Position numbers and translations under genes: made by a program
From: an uncultured Planctomycetota bacterium
Lineage (GTDB): Bacteria > Planctomycetota > Planctomycetia > Isosphaerales > Isosphaeraceae
Assembly: GCA_963823665.1 (NCBI GenBank)
Contig: CAWGMQ010000005.1
Location: forward strand, 608,001-672,000
Direction: 5' to 3'
DNA length: 64,000 bases
Shown here: in pieces, positions 47,975 to 58,606 of the stretch
Layout of the letters: each line of letters starts with the position of its first letter
How positions within the stretch are numbered: the stretch's first letter is position 1
The notes under the pieces: model-generated
The model's database searches: none
Seen by the model: the letters and a program-made list of their open reading frames with translations, nothing else
Told to the model about the DNA's origin: nothing

Positions 47975-48744
47975 TCAGAACTGATAGACCTCTCCCGGCC
48001 GGCCGATTCGCAGGCCCGGCATGTTCAGCGCGTGAAGCTCGGCCACAACCTGCTCATAGAAACGCGGCTTGATATGGACGGCGATGAATGGCACCGGCCG
48101 GGAAAGCTTGCGCGCCTCGGCAGCAAAGGTGGCGGGGGTCAGGTGTCCGGAGATCATCGCCAGCTCGGACATGGCGTCGGGAAACGACGCCTCCAGGAAG
48201 ACGGCCTTCAAATCGGGAGACGCGCTCGCCATCCGCCAGAACGAATCGGTCGGCCGCGTGTCGGAAGGAATCGCCACCATCACTCCAGGCGATTCGACCA
48301 GGAACCCCAGTGTCGGAACGACGTGATCAACGGCCAGCGGCGTGATCCGCAGACCGCCAGCCTCGACGGGACACTCCGGCTCGAGCGACTCGAGCCTCAC
48401 GAACGGTGTCCCTTTTCCGACATCTTGACGAAGTCGGGCCACACCCGATCGTTGAACACATCATGTCTCAAGCTTGCGAGCGTTGCCGCGCTGCCGTGAA
48501 CCGTGATGCAGCGCCCTCCCGATTGAAACACCGAGTCCAGCAAGATCGGTAGTGACGCGATGTGGTCAAGGTGACTGTGCGTGATGAAAATGTGCTCGAT
48601 TCGTTGCTGAGCCTGGAGATCGTCAATGAGCCCCAGGCCACCCGCGTCGATCGCGACGACTTCATCAATCAGGTAAGACGAGAGGAAAAACCCGGGATTT
48701 CCGCCCCCCACCGAGACGGCCGACGGAACGAGCGTGATCTTCAC
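47975..48744 (-). CDS. Class II 3',5'-cyclic-nucleotide phosphodiesterase (MBL fold; frameshift near 48410)
   Basis: AIDAG, FITHSHLDHIASLP, FNDRVWPDF, VDHVVPTLGF, SDT, EASFP, GHLTP, HIKP. Confidence 0.82.
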
Positions 48745-49037
48745 CTCCGGCCTCCTCTCTGCCCCAGATACCAAAAACCGGCGGCGGATGGGCGGCCGAT
48801 TACGAAATTCGGTATCACGCAACACAACCCATTCTTACCAAACAATCTATCTTAGCACCACGTTTCGGCAACGAGGAGCGGCTCATCGGCGATTCAGTTC
48901 GGACTAATCGACAAAAATCTCGAATGGAGCTTCTGAAATCAATCGGATCGATCGATTGTATAGAATGGGATTGTGTCGCGCACGTCGCCCGTCTTCATTT
49001 GCGGATATCCGTGAGGCAAGGACCATGGGTCATTGGA

Positions 49038-52000
49038 ATGCCACGAACATTCGGAAGGCACGCCGGCTTACCAGGCCTGCGGCGAGCGACTCGATTCGCG
49101 AATTCTGCTCTCGGGCGTCACGGCGATCGTGACGACGACCCTGGACCTGTCAACAATTGGCGGCACGCTACGGGACGCGATTCTGGCCGTCGATTCGAGC
49201 ACGGGGACTCCCAATTCAATCGTTTTCAAAATTCCGAAGTCGGACCCTGGGTACAACCCTTCGACCGGAGCGTTTACGATCAGTCCGTTAACGGAATTGC
49301 CGCAGATCACCAATCCGGTGCTAATCGACGGCACAACCGAGTCGAGTTTCCTCGGTGAGCCAGCCCTTGTCGTGATCGACGGCAATCAGATCAAAGGTTC
49401 CGCCGACGGACTGACGGTGGCTCCGTCCGCGCCGGGAAGCACGATCGACGGCCTCGAGATCGCCAGTTTCGACGGTTCCGGAATCGTCATCGAGTCGGCG
49501 AATAACACCGTCGGCGGCACGGCTTCAAACACTGGCAACATCCTCGTCTCCAACACCACCGCCGGCGTTTCGATCGCGCCAAGCGGCCAAGTTCCAGGCG
49601 CGGCCTCGCACAACCTCATTCTCGGCAACTTGATCGGCACGGATTCAAGCGGCGCCAGCCTCGGCAACGGTGTCGGTATCATCATCGATAGTCCAAACAA
49701 TACCGTTGGTGGAAGTACATCGGCGGGGGCCAACGTCATCGGCTTCAACAACTCGGCCGGCGTTGAAATCACCGGCACGAATGCAATCGACAACTTTCTG
49801 CTCGGGAATTTCATCGGAACCAATGCGAGTGGTGCCAACATGGGCAGTCCGGTCGGCGTGGTCCTCGGCAGCGGTGGCAACACGATCGGCGGGAGCTTCT
49901 CCGGCGCGGGCAACGTTATCGGTCTCAGCACTGCAGAGGGCATAGAGATCACCGGCGCGGGTGCCACAAATGAAGTCGTACTTGGCAATCTCATCGGCAC
50001 CAATGCCAACGGTGCGAATTTGGGTAACGTGGTCGGATTGCTCGACAGCGCGGGCGGTAACACGATCGGCGGAACAACAGCCGGTGCGGCCAACATCTTC
50101 GGTTTCAACACTACGGCGGGCATGCAGATCGGCGGCACAAACGAAGTGGTCATCGGAAATCTCTTCGGCACCAACGTCAGTGGCGCGAATCTGGGCAACG
50201 TTGCCGGGTTGCTCCTCGAGTCAGGATCCAACACGATCGGAGGGAGTTCAGCCGGCACGGCCAATGTCTTCGGTTTCAACAACTCGGCGGGCGTCGCGAT
50301 CACGGGCGCCGGTGCAACAGCCAATGTCGTACTCGGCAACTTCATCGGCACCAATTCCAGCGCGGCCGATTTGAGCAATCGAATCGGCGTGGTGCTTAAC
50401 AACGCCGGGGCCGACAACACGATCGGAGGGAGTTCAGGCGGCACGGCCAATGTCTTCGGCTTCAACACGACGGCGGGCCTTCAGATTAGCGTGTCTCCCG
50501 ATCTTTCAGGCGGTATTACGAACGACACCGTAATCGGCAATCTGTTTGGAACCGACGCGAGCGGCGCCAAACTTGGCAATACCCTCGGCGTGCTCCTCGA
50601 TTCTGTGGGGGGTAACACGATAGGTGGAGCCTCCACCGGTGCAGCCAATGTCTTCGGTTTCAACACCACGGCGGGCCTCAAAATCACCGTCAATTCAGGC
50701 CGGGTTACGGTTCTAGAGAGAAACACCGTGATCGGCAATCTGTTCGGCACCGATGCCAGCGGCGAGAACCTGGGCAACACGGTCGGCATACTCGACGACT
50801 GGGGAGGAAACACGATCGGAGGAACCTCAGCCGGCGCTTCAAATGTCTTCGGCTTCAACAGCACGGCCGGACTTCAGATCGACCTCGGAGGCGACGTCGT
50901 CATCGGGAATCTCTTCGGCACAAATCCCAGTGACGTGAATATGGGCAACGCGGTCGGCGTGCTCGACAACTCGGGAAGCAACACGATCGGAGGAAATTCG
51001 GCCGGCGCTGCCAATGTCTTCGGCTTTAACAGCGCGGCGGGCTTTGAGATCGCCCGCGCGGGTGCAACAAATGATGTCGTCATCGGGAATCTCTTCGGCA
51101 CCAATGCCAGTCGTGCCGACCTCGGCAATGCCGTCGGCGTAAACGTGACGGGCAGCGGAAATACGATTGGCGGCACAACGAGCGGCGCGGCCAACGTCTT
51201 CGGTTTCAACACCACCGCCGCACTTCTGATCACTGGTACGGGCGCCACGGCCAACGTCGTGCTCGGAAACTTCTTCGGGAGCGACGCCAAGGGCGCTAAT
51301 CTGGCCAACTCCATCGGTCTACTGCTCGGCAGCTCGGGGAACACGATTGGCGGGGCAACTCCCGGCGCGGCCAACATCTTCGGATTCAATACCTCCTCGG
51401 GGCTCGATACGACTGGCGCCGGTGCAACCGCCAACCTGATTCTCGGCAATCTGTTCGGCACCAACCCGTCCGGGGCCAATCTCGGCAATGCCGTCGGCTT
51501 GAACATCGGCAGCGCGGCGAATACGGTCGGCGGCAGCGCTCCTGGCGCCGGCAACACATTCGCATTCAACAACTCGGCGGGAGTGGTGATCGCCGGCACG
51601 GACGCGACCGGAAACGTCTTGCTCGGGAACCTGATCGGCACGAACTCGTCCGGGGCGAATCTCGGCAACGCAACCGGCGTGGTCATCGGCAGCGCGGCGA
51701 ATACGATCGGCGGCAGCACTTCTGGTTCTGGCAATCTGATCAGCCAGAACGAGACGGCGGGCATCGACTTCACCGGGTCTGGAGCAAGCGCCAATGTGGT
51801 TCTCGGCAACCTCATCGGCACGGACAGTACGGGTCAGCTCGCGCTTGGCAACGACATTGGCGTGCTGATAGGCGGCGGCACGGCCAATGTGATCGGCGGA
51901 ATGGCCTCGGGCGCTGCCAATGTCATCTCCGGCAACTTGACCGCGGGGATCGAGATCACCGGCGCCACAGTGAGTGGAACTCAGATCACCGGCAACCGAA

Positions 52001-52856
52001 TCGGCACGAACGCGTCCGGAACAAGTCCGGTCGTGCGTGCGAATCAGCCCCCCTCTCTGCGCTCCAGAACACCGGGGTCGTGATCATCGGATCCACCGGC
52101 AACGTCATCGGGGGAACGAGCCCCTTGGCCGGTAACCTCATTTCCGGGAATTACGTCGGCGTGACGCTCGCCACGATCGCCGGGGCCGACAACCCCAACC
52201 AAGTCGCAGGAAACCTGATCGGAACCGACGCCTCCGGCGTCAACGCGCTGGGGAACATCGTCGGGATCTACATCAACGGCGCGGCGGGAAACCAGATCGG
52301 CATGCCGGGCTCGCCGAATACCGTCTCGGGCAACAGCTCGGTCGGGGTTGAGATTTACGGGAACGGCTCGACAGCAAATGTGCTCGAAGCGAACATCATC
52401 GGCCTCGCCTCTGATGGCACCACAGCCTTGCGCAAGCCGAATGGTCAATTCGTTCAGCCGACAGGTGTCTTCATTTTGAACGCATCCCGCAACACGATCG
52501 GCGGGCTGACGGGCGCCCAAGGCAACGTCATTTCGGGCAATCAAAACGCGGCAGTCTACATTTTCAGCCAGGCTGGTGTCTCGAGCGGAAATACCGTCCA
52601 GCACAATCTGGTAGGTCTGGCCTCGAGCGGCAGCGCCGGTCCTGGAAACAACGGTTACGGCGTTCTCTTTCTGAACGCGCCCAATAACCAGGCCGGCGTC
52701 ACCGGTCCCACGGCCAACCGGTTCGGCCGCAACCGGATCGCGACTTTCCGGAGCTTGACAGGGCCGGCGCTGGCGGTCCAGGCCAAAACGGCCCAGGGCC
52801 GGGCTCGCCACTCCGCTCGAACCCAGCATTTTCGGACGCGGAAACTTTCGCACTGA
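49038..52856 (+). CDS. Large extracellular right-handed beta-helix repeat protein (frameshifts near 49070 and 52055)
   Basis: ERLDSRILLS planctomycete extracellular motif; about 17 Gly/Asn-rich ~55-aa repeats (NTIGG...ANVFGFN..AG...GN.FGT.ASGANLGN); basic C-terminal tail. Confidence 0.85.
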
Positions 52857-53006
52857 AATGGTCGTCATGGTTGTTCGGCCGGCTGCTCTCTTCGTCGTCG
52901 CCGGGCCGGTGTCGGCGCAGCAACGATGATGGTGCGAAGACCCGGAAATACCTCAGGCAAACGTGATCTGCCGGTGAAAGCGTGTCACAGGATCACGATC
53001 CGGAAC

Positions 53007-54458
53007 TCAATACCCACCCAGCACCGGCGGCGTCGCCAGTTGCGGCCTGCGCCTCGGACCAAAGAAGTAATTGATGAAGGCCATCGCCTCGAAGTCGAAC
53101 GGCTTGGGACTGGTCACCGGGGTCACCACTCCGAATGTGATCAGAGTACGCTCAAATATTCCGATGTTAATTCCGTAGGTGAGGTTCACAATGTCGGTCA
53201 TGCCGGTCGGGTCGCGAAGGCTGTAAGGATCGCGATGGTTGAGCGGATCGGTGACGTGCACTTCAAACGTCGGCGCGATCATCGAAATAAGCGGTGCGGA
53301 CAAGGCATTGGGATCGGGCCGCAGGATGAAGTAGCCCAGCCCGAAATCGTTATACAGCAGGACGGGGTCCGAGCCAGTGGTCGTCACATCCACGATGGTG
53401 AAACCGTGGAAGTAGAGCCTGCCGGTATTGTAAATATAGCCGATGAACGGCTGGAAGCTGGTGCCATGAGGTGACGGGGCAAAGGTATCAAAGCCCGCGA
53501 ACCGGCCCGGGCCGGTCGGCGCGGTGACTGCAAGCCCGGTCGAGAGCAGGCTGCCCGTCTCGCGGTTTTCGAGAAGCACGTATTTTCCATAAATGCTCAT
53601 GTCGCCGACGGCCGTACTCGTGCCGCCGAAGTTTCCGGAGGCACGCGCCGAGGCTGTGTTCGCGGTGACCGAATCCAGCGGCACGCGAAAACCGACCGAG
53701 CCCTGGCCGTCCAGGAACGTCTTCTCGAAGCCGCCGATGTACCGGAACACCTGGGTGTAGCCGATCGGCGCCTGCAATCGTGTGTTGACCGGGTCATTCA
53801 CGCCCTGAAAATAGTTGAACGTGAAATACACGCGGTCTTGCGGGCGAGGAGACTGATCTTCGCTGATCTTGATATCCCGGATCGACGGAATCACCAAAGA
53901 AGCGCCTCGCGACCCGGGAACTCCGGGGGGCTTGGGCGGCGGGAACGGCGGCGGCAGACCGCCGCCACTCGCAGCCGTGTGCACCATGCTCAATCGCGGG
54001 ATCGGCCCGAGGTCTCCGATCATCTGTGGAACGCCGCCCCAGGAGGCCGACGCCAGCGATCCGTAAGTCCCGGGTGCGGCCGCGAAGGGCGACGCGTCGA
54101 GCTCGCTCGCTAACGATCGTTCCAGCTCCGCGCGGAGGTCGGACGACGCCGGACCGGTCGTGGGGGGCCTTGGTTGTACGACGGGTGCAGCCGGCGCGGT
54201 TGTTGGAGACGTCGCCGGTGGGCGTGGCTGCGTTGTCGTCCGCGGAGTCGTGGCCGGCGCCTGCGCTGGCCTCGTTCCCGGCTGAGCGGGCCTCGTCGTT
54301 GGAGTCTGCTCCGGCACGGGCCGTGACTGAGCCGGGTCCGAGTCTGCGCGAGTGCCAGGTTGGTTAGCATCGTCCTGCGCGCCCCAAGACCCGATTGCTC
54401 GGTCGTGGAAAACGACGAAGCTAACAATCCCGGCAGCGACCACCCTCGCCCACCTCAC
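53007..54458 (-). CDS. Secreted hypothetical protein with Pro/Thr linker and a probable outer-membrane beta-barrel domain
   Basis: Signal peptide, PT-rich linker, KISEDQSPRPQDRVYFTFNYF, GFEKTFLDG, LAVTAPTG, alternating aromatic strands. Confidence 0.65.
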   Translation of the reverse strand: MRWARVVAAGIVSFVVFHDRAIGSWGAQDDANQPGTRADSDPAQSRPVPEQTPTTRPAQPGTRPAQAPATTPRTTTQPRPPATSPTTAPAAPVVQPRPPTTGPASSDLRAELERSLASELDASPFAAAPGTYGSLASASWGGVPQMIGDLGPIPRLSMVHTAASGGGLPPPFPPPKPPGVPGSRGASLVIPSIRDIKISEDQSPRPQDRVYFTFNYFQGVNDPVNTRLQAPIGYTQVFRYIGGFEKTFLDGQGSVGFRVPLDSVTANTASARASGNFGGTSTAVGDMSIYGKYVLLENRETGSLLSTGLAVTAPTGPGRFAGFDTFAPSPHGTSFQPFIGYIYNTGRLYFHGFTIVDVTTTGSDPVLLYNDFGLGYFILRPDPNALSAPLISMIAPTFEVHVTDPLNHRDPYSLRDPTGMTDIVNLTYGINIGIFERTLITFGVVTPVTSPKPFDFEAMAFINYFFGPRRRPQLATPPVLGGY

Positions 54459-54611
54459 CGGTCTCTCCGATCTGCGGAAACCATCGACCCAGCACGTCCG
54501 GCGGACCGCGACGGCACAGCGATGACGGCAATTCCGCTCTATCTGATGAATTCGTCACTTTCGTTGGATTTCCTTAAGTCGTTAGCTTGAGCAAGAAGAG
54601 AAAAGTGTTAC

Positions 54612-57600
54612 TCAGCCTACGTGTACAGAATCGTCCACGGATTCTCTTAATTTCTTGAAATCATCCCGCTCGCGGAGAGGAGCGAAATCCTTGAGATCAA
54701 GCGAGGTCCTCGAGCTGATGACCTTAGTCTGTACGGCTTTGCGAAGTACACCCACGGCTCTGGCCAGACCGTCTTCCATCTGTTTTCGCCCTTCCGGCGT
54801 GTCGGCGGCTGCCTGGGCGCACGTGATCAATTTAGCGGCCGAATAAACATAGAACCGCGGTTCGTTCGGATGGAACGAGGGAATTCCCTCGGCGGCGACC
54901 ATGGCGTCGGTGAGGCGACCAGCGTCGATGAGTGCTTGCACCAGGAGCGCGCGATTGTCGAGCACAAACTTGAGCACCATCTCCACACCGGGCCTGGCGT
55001 TCAGGACGTCTTTGAACAAGCTGTCAGCCTTCTCCGCCTCGATAGCTGCTTCGGGCGGCTTCGAGTTGATAAGAAGCAAACCAAGCTGGTAGTGGTCCCG
55101 GCCCAGGTCGAGCTGGTACTCCGCGACGCCGGGATATTGCGTACAGAGAGCCGAGTGCTGTTCCAGGGCTTTCCGCAAAGACACTTCGGCATCGGCCGGC
55201 GCCGTTGCGCCGAGGATGCTTCCCAGCGCCGCCTGCGAGAGTGCAAGCTTCATCCGGTACGCCGGCAATTCCGGATAGCGGATCTTCAGCGCTTCAAGAA
55301 GGCGGGTTGATTCCTTCAATGAATTGGCAGCCAGGTCGGGCTTTTTCGTGTTCATCGCCAACAGGCCGAGGTTGTACTCGACCGTTGCAAGCTCGAGCGC
55401 ATACTGCGCGACTGAAGGAAATTCAGCGGTGAGTTTGCGAAGCAGGCCCTCCGCGCGCGTGAGCTGCGCACCCGCCTCCTCGTAGCTCCGTCTGTTCTGG
55501 AGCAACAGCGAACCGAGATTGCCGGAGACACGAGCAACCTGCCACCGCACCGCCGGCAACGCGTCCGGACCTTCAAGCGCAGGCTTGAGCAAGTCGAGCG
55601 TCGCTAGCAGCGTTGCCTCGGATTCCGCCGAGCTGCCCAGCGCTCGCTGCAAGATCGCCAGGTTGTTTCGAAATCGAACAAGCTTGGTCCGAAATTCAGG
55701 CCGATCGCCGAATTGCTTCACCAGAGCTTCTTGACCCTCGAGCGCGGCACGATAGGCTTCGACGTCCGCGGGCGTGCCCGACCCACGGCGAGCCAGGAGC
55801 GCACCCAACTGGTAGCGGCTGTCGACCAGCGCCTGCTTGTCTTCCACACTCGCGTCCGGCACATTCGCGATCTCTTCCCGCAGCTTGATCGCTTCTCGTA
55901 GTTTCGCTTCGCCTTCTTGAAAACGATTGCCGTCCTTGAGCAGCACGCCCAGCCCGTGCAGGTCACGCGCCAGATCGCGGCGGACTCCTGCGTTCGACCC
56001 AACTTCCTTCGAGAGGTTTTCAAGCTCTCCGCCAGCCGTGCGATAGGAAGCTTCGGCCCGCGGCGCATCGCCCTGAAGTGCCTGAATATCACCCAGTCGC
56101 ACCTGCGCCCGCACTGCTCCCCAGCGAACCTGCGGATCATCTCCCTCGTCGACCAGGAATTGCTCGTAACCGGCCCGTGCCTTCTCGAGCAAGCGCTGCC
56201 GCACCGGCTCCATCTGCGGGATATCCGCCAGATCGACGTCGGCAACTTCTCCCAGCAACCCATCGGCAGCATCCTGCGCAAGGCGCAAATTGTGCAAGGC
56301 GCGGGTCGCATTCGTAGTGGCAATCTTTCGCTGGGCGTCGGTTTTCCCGCGCTCGCGTTCAATCAGCACCACACCCACGGTCAGGCCGATCACGGTGGCC
56401 ACCAGTAACGCCGCTGCGCTTGTCGCCAGCGTGCGGTGACGCCGGCCCCAGCGCGTCATTCGAACGGCCAGGGGATCGCGATGGACCGACACCGGCTCAT
56501 CCACGATCCATCGGCGCACGTCCTCGGCAAGGTCTTCCACGCGGGGATAACGATTCGCGGGTTCAAGTGCCATTGCCTTCGAGCAAACGGCCTCGAGAGC
56601 GCGCGGAACTGTCGGGTCGATCTCACGCGCCTTGGGCAAGTGACCCGCCTGGATCTTGCTGAAGACGTCCACCACCGACGATCCGCTCACCGGCGGTTGC
56701 CCCGTCAAGATCTCGAAGAGAATCGCTCCCAGGCCATACACGTCCGTCCGCGTGCCGATCCGGTCGTTATCGGCGGCGGCCTGCTCGGGCGCCATGTACG
56801 CCGGCGTGCCCACCTGGCCGACCGTCTGCTTGGTCTCGGCCTCGGCGGAGACCGAAATCCGCGGCTCCGTTCCTGCCGGGTCAGACTGTCCCACCACCTT
56901 GGCGAGGCCCCAGTCGAGCAAGACCACTTCGCCATACGCGCCCAGCACCACGTTTTCAGGCTTCAGATCGCGATGGATCACCCAGCGCGAGTGGGCATAC
57001 GCCACCGCCTGACAGACCTTCACGAACGGCTCCAGCAACTGCCGCTGAAGCTCGAGGCGATTCGCGGGCTTGCCGCCCCGCCGACGATGGAATTCGGCGA
57101 TCGAGAGCCGCAGGTTCTGCCCCCGCAGAAACCGCATCGTATAGAACGGCTGATCGTCTTCTTTTCGTCGCGCCAGCTCGTACACCGGCACGATGTTGGG
57201 ATGCTCGAGCTGGCCGGTGATCTGAGCTTCCTTCAAGAATCTGCGCCACGAATCGGGATTGGGCTCCGTCGACGACTTGATCTCTTTGAGTGCAACGTCG
57301 CGATTCAAATCGGTGTCGTGGGCGATCCAGATCTTGCCCAACCCTCCTTCCGCATGCAACCGCGTGAGGGTGTAACGCAGCGAATCGCGCTGTGCCGGCG
57401 GGGGCACGAGCGTCTCCACCAGCACGTGGCCGCGGGCCGGCGGCAATGCATGGATCGAGTGACGAATCTGCGGGTTCTTGATCGCTCCCAGAACATCACG
57501 CGCTTCAATCGGGGCTGCGGCCCCCAACGTCGCGCGCACGTCACCTTGGTTCTTCTTGAGCTTGCGTTCGATTTTCCGCTCAACGTCGCTACGGTCCCTG

Positions 57601-57764
57601 TCCGTGATCCATTTGCGTTCGATCAACAGATCAGCCAGCGGCCGATCGAGCCGCATGGCCCAGCCGGCGCACACGTCGGCAAACTGCGTCCGGTCGATCA
57701 AGTCATCTTGAAGCGCGATTACGGCAAAGAGCAAATTCCGATCGACATCAACATTTGACGACAT
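54612..57764 (-). CDS. Hanks-type Ser/Thr protein kinase with TM helix and TPR-like repeats
   Basis: DRNLLF N-terminus, HAEGGLG, VALKEI, HRDLKPEN, DWGLAK, GTPAYMAPEQ, TM LATSAAALLVATVIGLTVGVVLI. Confidence 0.95.
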   Translation of the reverse strand: MSSNVDVDRNLLFAVIALQDDLIDRTQFADVCAGWAMRLDRPLADLLIERKWITDRDRSDVERKIERKLKKNQGDVRATLGAAAPIEARDVLGAIKNPQIRHSIHALPPARGHVLVETLVPPPAQRDSLRYTLTRLHAEGGLGKIWIAHDTDLNRDVALKEIKSSTEPNPDSWRRFLKEAQITGQLEHPNIVPVYELARRKEDDQPFYTMRFLRGQNLRLSIAEFHRRRGGKPANRLELQRQLLEPFVKVCQAVAYAHSRWVIHRDLKPENVVLGAYGEVVLLDWGLAKVVGQSDPAGTEPRISVSAEAETKQTVGQVGTPAYMAPEQAAADNDRIGTRTDVYGLGAILFEILTGQPPVSGSSVVDVFSKIQAGHLPKAREIDPTVPRALEAVCSKAMALEPANRYPRVEDLAEDVRRWIVDEPVSVHRDPLAVRMTRWGRRHRTLATSAAALLVATVIGLTVGVVLIERERGKTDAQRKIATTNATRALHNLRLAQDAADGLLGEVADVDLADIPQMEPVRQRLLEKARAGYEQFLVDEGDDPQVRWGAVRAQVRLGDIQALQGDAPRAEASYRTAGGELENLSKEVGSNAGVRRDLARDLHGLGVLLKDGNRFQEGEAKLREAIKLREEIANVPDASVEDKQALVDSRYQLGALLARRGSGTPADVEAYRAALEGQEALVKQFGDRPEFRTKLVRFRNNLAILQRALGSSAESEATLLATLDLLKPALEGPDALPAVRWQVARVSGNLGSLLLQNRRSYEEAGAQLTRAEGLLRKLTAEFPSVAQYALELATVEYNLGLLAMNTKKPDLAANSLKESTRLLEALKIRYPELPAYRMKLALSQAALGSILGATAPADAEVSLRKALEQHSALCTQYPGVAEYQLDLGRDHYQLGLLLINSKPPEAAIEAEKADSLFKDVLNARPGVEMVLKFVLDNRALLVQALIDAGRLTDAMVAAEGIPSFHPNEPRFYVYSAAKLITCAQAAADTPEGRKQMEDGLARAVGVLRKAVQTKVISSRTSLDLKDFAPLRERDDFKKLRESVDDSVHVG

Positions 57765-58215
57765 AGCACCAACCTCTGGAAGACTGCCGATCCGAGTCGG
57801 AAGAAGACCCATCCGTACTCTACGCTTACGGCGAAGCGAATGGGACTTGATGAGACTGAATCAGACGCCTTCGACCGGCTGGTGTACAAATTCCGGGTTT
57901 TGCGATGGCAGAGTTCGTCGTTCGCTGCCACGCCCCTTTTCGGCCCGCTGGAAACGCGTCTTGATCATCTAAATGGGACTAGTTGACCCTAAAAAAGTCC
58001 CATTTTGCTTGCTGCCTTGGACCCGTCCGATGGCTGGCCGGAACACCATGAAACAGCACGGAAATGCTGATAGTCAAAGAGGATAACGCCAAGAGTTCCG
58101 CTCGACGATCCGTCGGTCCACCGGGTGAGAACTCATGCTCACCGCGGTCCACACCTGTCCCACGCCCCGCCCGGCCCAAACTCGAGTACATTTCATCCCG
58201 CACGGTCCGCCATCG

Positions 58216-58260
58216 GGCCTGAAAGGCCATTAGAAAAACAGCCCAGGCATCGCCCTGGGT
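58216..58260. repeat. REP-like double hairpin GGCCT-GAA-AGGCC ... CCCAGG-CATCGC-CCTGGG
   Basis: Two adjacent perfect short stems in intergenic DNA, the first with a GAA triloop. Confidence 0.5.
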
Positions 58261-58606
58261 TTGCGGTCCGGTTCCAGAGAGGTGGGTGGCTCACCCCTTG
58301 CCCCGACGCCGGTGTCGGTGATCGAGATTGAGCTATACATATTATGGAGCAACTTTCGCGATTCGGCCATTTGACCGGCCAGAAAAGCTCGGATTTTTAT
58401 TCCGATCGCAACGAATCCAACGATCAACGCGACTGCGGCCCCAGAATCGAACACGACGCCGGCAAAAAGCCCGCAAAAACGCCCGTCGCGATTCCCGCAT
58501 CCAGTTGGCCCATTCCGACCAGCATGGCTCGCATTCGGCTCCTCGCCGTCACGCTTGATTCGCTGGCCTCTCAACTCACGAAGCCGCCGAGGCGTTCTCA
58601 CCCGAT

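Noticed and set aside
49386..51821. Repetitive minus-strand ORFs and DNA-level repeats
   Set aside because: Fully explained by the plus-strand beta-helix protein repeat; not a non-coding array.
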